From NCBI GenBank assembly GCA_963807005.1, contig CAWDZK010000001.1:1072337-1136336 (forward strand): a DNA stretch of 64,000 nucleotides. The letters are read 5' to 3'. This DNA is from an uncultured Actinomycetota bacterium (GTDB taxonomy: Bacteria; Actinomycetota; Actinomycetes; JACCUZ01). The notes under the pieces were generated by a model. That model searched no databases. It saw only the letters and a list, made by a program, of their open reading frames with translations, and was not told where the DNA came from. Of the stretch, positions 59,277 through 64,000 are shown piece after piece. The first letter of the stretch is position 1, and each line of letters starts with the position of its first letter. The position numbers and the translations under genes are program-made.

Positions 59277-62036
59277 ATGACGAGCCCGACCCGCGCCCGG
59301 TGGGTGGTGCGGGCCGTCGGTCTGGTGCTGCTCGCGCTCGGGGCCGCGGCCGCCATCGCCGTGCCCGCCGGCCGCGGGGTCTCCGTCGCGGGCGCCGCCG
59401 GCGGCCTGCCGGTGGTCGTAGCGGGCGGGCTTGCCCTGCTGGCCCTCGCCCGCCGGACCCGGGCCGCCTCCGGCCGGGAGCGCTGGGCCTGGCTGCTGCT
59501 GGCGGCGGCGTGCCCGGGCCAGGCGGCGTGGGTACTGCTCTCGCGTCCAGGCCATGGCGGCGCCGCCGACCTGTCGACCCATCTCGTCCTCGCCGCGATG
59601 GTCGCCGGGGCACTGTGGCTGCTGCCGGCGTCCCCGGACCGGACCGGCGCGCTGCGCACCGCGCTGGACGCAGCAGCCGCGGGACTCGCGTTGGCCGTGC
59701 CTGCGGCGCAGCTCGTGCTGCCGCCCCGTCTCGGCGGCGTGCTGCAGCACGCCGACACCCTGATGCACCCGCTGGCCGACGTGCTGCTCGCCACGGTCGC
59801 GATCGCGGTGATCTCCCGGTCCCGTCGGACGGGCGGGCTGGCGGTGCGCCCGGTGGTGGCGTTGACCCTGGGCACCGTCCTGATCGCCCTGAGCGACCTG
59901 CTCGAGCGGGACGGCGCAGCCCGCCCGGAGGTGCTCGCGCTGGTCTGCATCGGGCTCGCGCTCTGGGGGTTCGGCGCCTGGCTCCCCGGCGACGGACCCG
60001 AGACCGACGTCGAGATGCTGTGGCGCGAGCGGATCGCCGTGCTCGTACCGCTCGCACCGGTGTCCGGCGCAGCCGCGCTGCTGCTGGCGGCCACCGTGCT
60101 GCACGAGCCCATCGGCCCGGCCGCTCTGACCTGCTCGATGCTGCTGGCGGCAACCCTGGTCACCGGCGGCGTGCTGGCCCGGCTGGACCACCTGTCCACC
60201 GAGCGGCTGCTCGACGATCTCGTCCTGAAGCGCACCGTCAGCATCGGCAGCCGGGAGAAGTGGTTCCGCGCGCTGGTGCAGAACTCCTCCGACGTCATCA
60301 CCGTCGTGGACGTCCGCGGCACGATCCGCTACCTCACCCCGTCGGTCACCCAGATCCTCGGCCACGACCCGCGCCAGCTGCTCGGAACCCGGTTCAGCAC
60401 CCTGCTGCGCCCGGGCGACGGCCGGCGCCTCGACGCGGCCCTCGCCTCCGCCGCACGTAGCCCAGGTCGCGCGATCACCCTGGAGTTCCCGATCTGGAGC
60501 GCTTCCGGGGCGTGGCAGGACACCGAGACGACGGTCACCTCGCTGGTCCACGACCCCGACATCCGCGGGCTCGTGCTGAACACCCGCGACGTGTCCGAGC
60601 GGCGCCGGCTGGAGGAGCAGCTCACCCAGCAGGCCTACTCCGACGGGCTCACCGGCCTGGCGAACCGGTCCCTGTTCCGCTCGAAGGTCGAGGACGCTCT
60701 CGTCGTCGCCCTGGGCAGCGGCGAGGTCGCAGTCCTCTTCCTGGACCTGGACGGCTTCAAGGCCGTCAACGACGCGCAAGGACACCACATCGGCGACCAG
60801 GTGCTGGGCATCGTGGCGCGAAGGCTGTCCAGCTCGGTCCGTCCCGGCGATGTCGTCGCGCGGCTGGGCGGCGACGAGTTCGCGATCCTGGTCACCGGCC
60901 GGGACGCCGAGAGCGGAGCGGTCGGGGCCGCCGAGCGGGTCCGCCGGGCTCTGGCCGCGCCGTTCGTCGTCGACGGGCGCGAGCTGCTGCTCGGTGCCTC
61001 GACCGGGATCGCGGTAAGCGACGACGGCGACGAGACCGCCGACCAGCTGTTGCGCAACGCCGACCTGGCGATGTACCGCGCCAAGAGCCACCGCGACCAG
61101 TCCTTCGTGCGCTTCGAGGCCGCGATGCACGACGCGCTGATGGCCCGGATGACGGCGGAGTCGGACCTGCGGCTGGCGGTCGCCGGCGGCGACCTGGTCC
61201 TGTACTTCCAGCCGGTGGTCGAGCTCACCACGAGCCGCATCGTCGGGGTGGAGGCGCTGGTGCGCTGGCGGCACCACGAGCGGGGCCTCATCTCGCCGGG
61301 GGACTTCATCGACCTCGCCGAGGAGACCGGCCTGGTGAACGAGATCGGTCGATGGGCCCTGGAGGAGAGCTGCCGACAGGGTGTCCGGTGGCAGCGCTAC
61401 GCGGCGCCCGGCGAGCTGTTCAAGGTCGCCGTGAACGTCTCCGCGCGGCAGCTGGACGCCGGTCTGCCCCGTCAGGTGCGCGACGTCCTCGCGGCCACCG
61501 GGATGCCGGGGCCGGCGCTCACCCTGGAGATGACCGAGAGCGTCCTGATGGAGCGCACCGACGAGATGGTCGACCTGCTCCACCGGATGAAGACGCTCGG
61601 CCTGCGCCTGGCCGTCGACGACTTCGGCACCGGGTACTCCTCGCTGTCCTACCTCTCGCGGTTCCCGGTCGACATCCTCAAGATCGACCAGTCGTTCGTG
61701 CAGCACCTCAGTGGCGGCGGCGGGCAGAGCGCGCTGGTGCACACCATCGTGCGGCTCGGGGAGTCGCTGGGACTGGACACCGTGGCGGAGGGCATCGAGA
61801 CCGTGGACCAGCGCGACGCCCTGACCGCGATGGGCTGCACGTTCGGCCAGGGCTACCTGTTCGCGCACCCGCTGCCGGTCGAGAAGCTGGACGCCCTGCT
61901 CGAGGAGCAGGCTGCCACCGATGCCGCCGCCGACACCGCTGTCGACACCGCTGTCGGCACCGCTGTCGGCACCGCTGTCGGCACCGCTGTCGGCACCGCT
62001 GTCGACACGGCACCGGCCGAGCTCACCGCGTCCTGA
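59277..62036 (+). CDS. Membrane-bound PAS-GGDEF-EAL c-di-GMP enzyme
   Basis: Multi-TM N-terminus, PAS (FRALVQNSSDVI), DGLTGLANR, RLGGDEF, VEALVRW, DDFGTGYSSL, KIDQSF, VAEGIET, QGYLF. Confidence 0.93.
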   Translation: MTSPTRARWVVRAVGLVLLALGAAAAIAVPAGRGVSVAGAAGGLPVVVAGGLALLALARRTRAASGRERWAWLLLAAACPGQAAWVLLSRPGHGGAADLSTHLVLAAMVAGALWLLPASPDRTGALRTALDAAAAGLALAVPAAQLVLPPRLGGVLQHADTLMHPLADVLLATVAIAVISRSRRTGGLAVRPVVALTLGTVLIALSDLLERDGAARPEVLALVCIGLALWGFGAWLPGDGPETDVEMLWRERIAVLVPLAPVSGAAALLLAATVLHEPIGPAALTCSMLLAATLVTGGVLARLDHLSTERLLDDLVLKRTVSIGSREKWFRALVQNSSDVITVVDVRGTIRYLTPSVTQILGHDPRQLLGTRFSTLLRPGDGRRLDAALASAARSPGRAITLEFPIWSASGAWQDTETTVTSLVHDPDIRGLVLNTRDVSERRRLEEQLTQQAYSDGLTGLANRSLFRSKVEDALVVALGSGEVAVLFLDLDGFKAVNDAQGHHIGDQVLGIVARRLSSSVRPGDVVARLGGDEFAILVTGRDAESGAVGAAERVRRALAAPFVVDGRELLLGASTGIAVSDDGDETADQLLRNADLAMYRAKSHRDQSFVRFEAAMHDALMARMTAESDLRLAVAGGDLVLYFQPVVELTTSRIVGVEALVRWRHHERGLISPGDFIDLAEETGLVNEIGRWALEESCRQGVRWQRYAAPGELFKVAVNVSARQLDAGLPRQVRDVLAATGMPGPALTLEMTESVLMERTDEMVDLLHRMKTLGLRLAVDDFGTGYSSLSYLSRFPVDILKIDQSFVQHLSGGGGQSALVHTIVRLGESLGLDTVAEGIETVDQRDALTAMGCTFGQGYLFAHPLPVEKLDALLEEQAATDAAADTAVDTAVGTAVGTAVGTAVGTAVDTAPAELTAS
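61932..62008 (+). repeat. 12-bp in-frame tandem repeat (GRCACCGCTGTC), about 6.4 copies
   Basis: Encodes DTAV DTAV GTAV GTAV GTAV GTAV DT at the C-terminus. Confidence 0.93.
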
Positions 62037-62113
62037 CCTTCGCTGCCCGGTCGGGACGTCGCGGCGCGTGCCGGCGGTCCGCTCCCGCGCAACGACCCGC
62101 TGGCTGGCCGGCC

Positions 62114-62189
62114 GGCACCAACGACGGCGAAACCAGCCTGTCGGCCGGCCTCGCGGGCCCGCGGCGGCTGTTCTGCCGTCGTCGGTGCT
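62114..62189. repeat. Family-2 fixed-spacer inverted repeat, copy E
   Basis: GGCACCAACGACGGCGAAACCAGCC / GGCTGTTCTGCCGTCGTCGGTGCT; ACGACGG 62121-62127 ... CCGTCGT 62176-62182 (48-nt gap). Confidence 0.85.
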
Positions 62190-62282
62190 CACGACGGCTG
62201 GCCCCACCGGGCCGGGTCCGAGCCGCCGCTGGCAGTGGACGGGGCACGTCCGGGACCCGGCGCTCGTCGGTAGCCTCCTGAG

Positions 62283-64000
62283 GTGACCGACCCAGAGCCC
62301 GCCGACACCGCACCGGCGGCGTCGACGGACGACGACGGCCCGTCCGTGCGGGACCTCCTCGCCGCCGCGGTCGAGGCCCTCGGGGGCGCCGAGCGGCCGG
62401 GCCAGGTGCAGATGGCCGAGGAGGTGGCCGCGGCGATGGCCGAGGGCCGGCACCTGCTCGTGCAGGCCGGCACCGGCACCGGCAAGTCGCTCGCCTACCT
62501 GGTCCCGGCGCTGCTGCACCAGGACCGGGTGGTGGTCGCCACCGCCACCATCGCGCTCCAGCAGCAGGTGGTCGACCGGGACCTGCCCGCGCTGGTCGAC
62601 GCCGCCGCGCCGCTGCTGGGCCGGCGGCCGACGTACGCGATCCTCAAGGGCCGGGCCAACTACGTGTGCCGGAACAAGGTCCTCGGCGGCATGCCGGACG
62701 ACGACCAGGACGGGCTGTTCGACCCGTCGCCCACCACCGCGCTCGGTCGGGACGTCGTGCGGCTGCGCGGGTGGGTCGACGACACCGAGACCGGTGACCG
62801 GGACGAGCTCGACCCCGGTGTCTCGGACCGGGCCTGGCGGCAGGTGAGCGTCTCGGCGCGGGAGTGCCTGGGGGCGCAGAAGTGCCCGCACGGTGCCGAC
62901 TGCTTCGCCGAGCTGTCCCGGGAGCGGGCGGCCGCCGCGGACGTCGTCGTCACCAACCACGCCATGCTGGCGATCGACGCGCTGGAGAGCTTCAGCGTGC
63001 TCCCCGAGCACGACGTGGTCGTCGTCGACGAGGGGCACGAGCTGGTCGACCGGGTCACCGGGGTCGCCACCGACGAGCTGACCCCCACCCTGGTGCAGCG
63101 GGCCGCGGCGCGGTCCCGCCGCCTGGTCGACGACACCGACGACCTGGCCGACGCCGCCGAGACACTCGAGCTGGCGCTGGCCGCGGTGCCCGACGGCCGG
63201 GTCGTCGACCTGCCCGAGGAGCTCGCCACCGCCGTCGCCCTGGTCCGCGACGCCGCGCGGGCCGTGGTCTCCGAGCTGACGCGGGTCAAGGGCGCCGACG
63301 ACGGCGCCCGCCGGTTCGCGCTCGCCGCGACCGGCGCGGTGCACGAGACGGCCGAGCGGGTCGCGGCGCACTCGCCGTACGACGTCACCTGGGTGTCGCA
63401 CGACCAGCGCCGCGGGCCGGTGCTCAAGGTCGCCCCGCTGTCGGTCAACGGGCTGCTGCGCGAGGCGCTGTTCGCCGATCGGTCGGTGGTGCTCACCAGC
63501 GCGACCCTGGAGCTCGGGGGGTCGTTCGATGCGATCGCCCGGCAGGTCGGGCTCACCGGCGACGACGCACCGGAGTGGACCGGGCTGGACGTCGGGTCGC
63601 CGTTCGACTACCCGCGGCAGGCGATCCTCTACGTCGCGCGCCGGCTGCCGCCGCCGGGCCGCGACGGCGCCTCGCCCGCGGCCGTGGACGAGCTGGCCAC
63701 GCTGGTCGAGGCTGCGGGCGGCCGGACGCTGGGGCTGTTCTCGTCGATGCGCGCGGCCGAGGCCGCAGCGGCCGAGATGCGGGAGCGGCTGGACGTCCCG
63801 GTGCTGTGCCAGGGGGACGACCGCACCGCCGCGCTGGTGGCGGCGTTCGCGGCCGACGAGCCGACCTGCCTGTTCGGCACCCTCTCCCTCTGGCAGGGGG
63901 TCGACGTGCCCGGCGACGCCTGCCGGCTCGTCGTCATCGACCGGATCCCGTTCCCGCGGCCCGACGACCCGCTGATGTCGGCCCGCGCCCAGGCCGTCGA
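62283..64000 (+). CDS. dinG: DinG-family ATP-dependent helicase (runs off window)
   Basis: Manual translation: ERPGQVQM, LLVQAGTGTGKSLAY, LKGRANYVC, Fe-S cysteines ECLGAQKCP..C, VVDEGHE, LTSATL, WQGVDVPG; absent from the ORF track because no stop falls in the window. Confidence 0.95.
   Translation, partial: MTDPEPADTAPAASTDDDGPSVRDLLAAAVEALGGAERPGQVQMAEEVAAAMAEGRHLLVQAGTGTGKSLAYLVPALLHQDRVVVATATIALQQQVVDRDLPALVDAAAPLLGRRPTYAILKGRANYVCRNKVLGGMPDDDQDGLFDPSPTTALGRDVVRLRGWVDDTETGDRDELDPGVSDRAWRQVSVSARECLGAQKCPHGADCFAELSRERAAAADVVVTNHAMLAIDALESFSVLPEHDVVVVDEGHELVDRVTGVATDELTPTLVQRAAARSRRLVDDTDDLADAAETLELALAAVPDGRVVDLPEELATAVALVRDAARAVVSELTRVKGADDGARRFALAATGAVHETAERVAAHSPYDVTWVSHDQRRGPVLKVAPLSVNGLLREALFADRSVVLTSATLELGGSFDAIARQVGLTGDDAPEWTGLDVGSPFDYPRQAILYVARRLPPPGRDGASPAAVDELATLVEAAGGRTLGLFSSMRAAEAAAAEMRERLDVPVLCQGDDRTAALVAAFAADEPTCLFGTLSLWQGVDVPGDACRLVVIDRIPFPRPDDPLMSARAQAV

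Noticed and set aside
57621..63401. 1926-aa minus-strand ORF, and similar long ORFs such as 25535-28756, 3795-5819, 9613-11742, 49880-51898 and 52030-54549
   Set aside because: Antisense or alternate-frame shadows of well-supported genes, expected from stop-codon scarcity at this GC content; no recognisable motifs

Overview
Very GC-rich actinobacterial chromosomal segment. It carries the conserved core order thyA-dfrA-dapA-rnj-ftsK-rodZ-rimO-pgsA-cinA-clgR ... nei ... lhr ... recA-recX-rny ... gluABCD ... miaB-miaA-dapF ... hflX ... dinG, interrupted by several accessory blocks. I found no rRNA, tRNA, CRISPR array or transposase. The least explained signals are two dispersed intergenic inverted-repeat families. 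Family 1 (GAGTGGCGCGTAGTGG-N22/23-CCACTACGCGCCACTC) has two copies bracketing an AbiEi/DUF559 (Vsr-like) nuclease gene between rnj and ftsK, plus a solo copy 22 kb away. Family 2 (CACCAACGACGG-N47/48-CCGTCGTYGGTG) has five copies with conserved arms, near-fixed spacing and unrelated interiors; two of them bracket a methyltransferase gene. Other features include a ROK-ABC-GH15-GH31 operon matching the cycloalternan catabolic locus, with a visible operator; back-to-back RecA-NDp (PafBC-type) promoters at lhr and an ABC-2 exporter; a LexA box at recA; and an iodotyrosine-deiodinase-like nitroreductase with two frameshifts. All calls are by-eye motif recognition. No searches were run, and start codons are best estimates.
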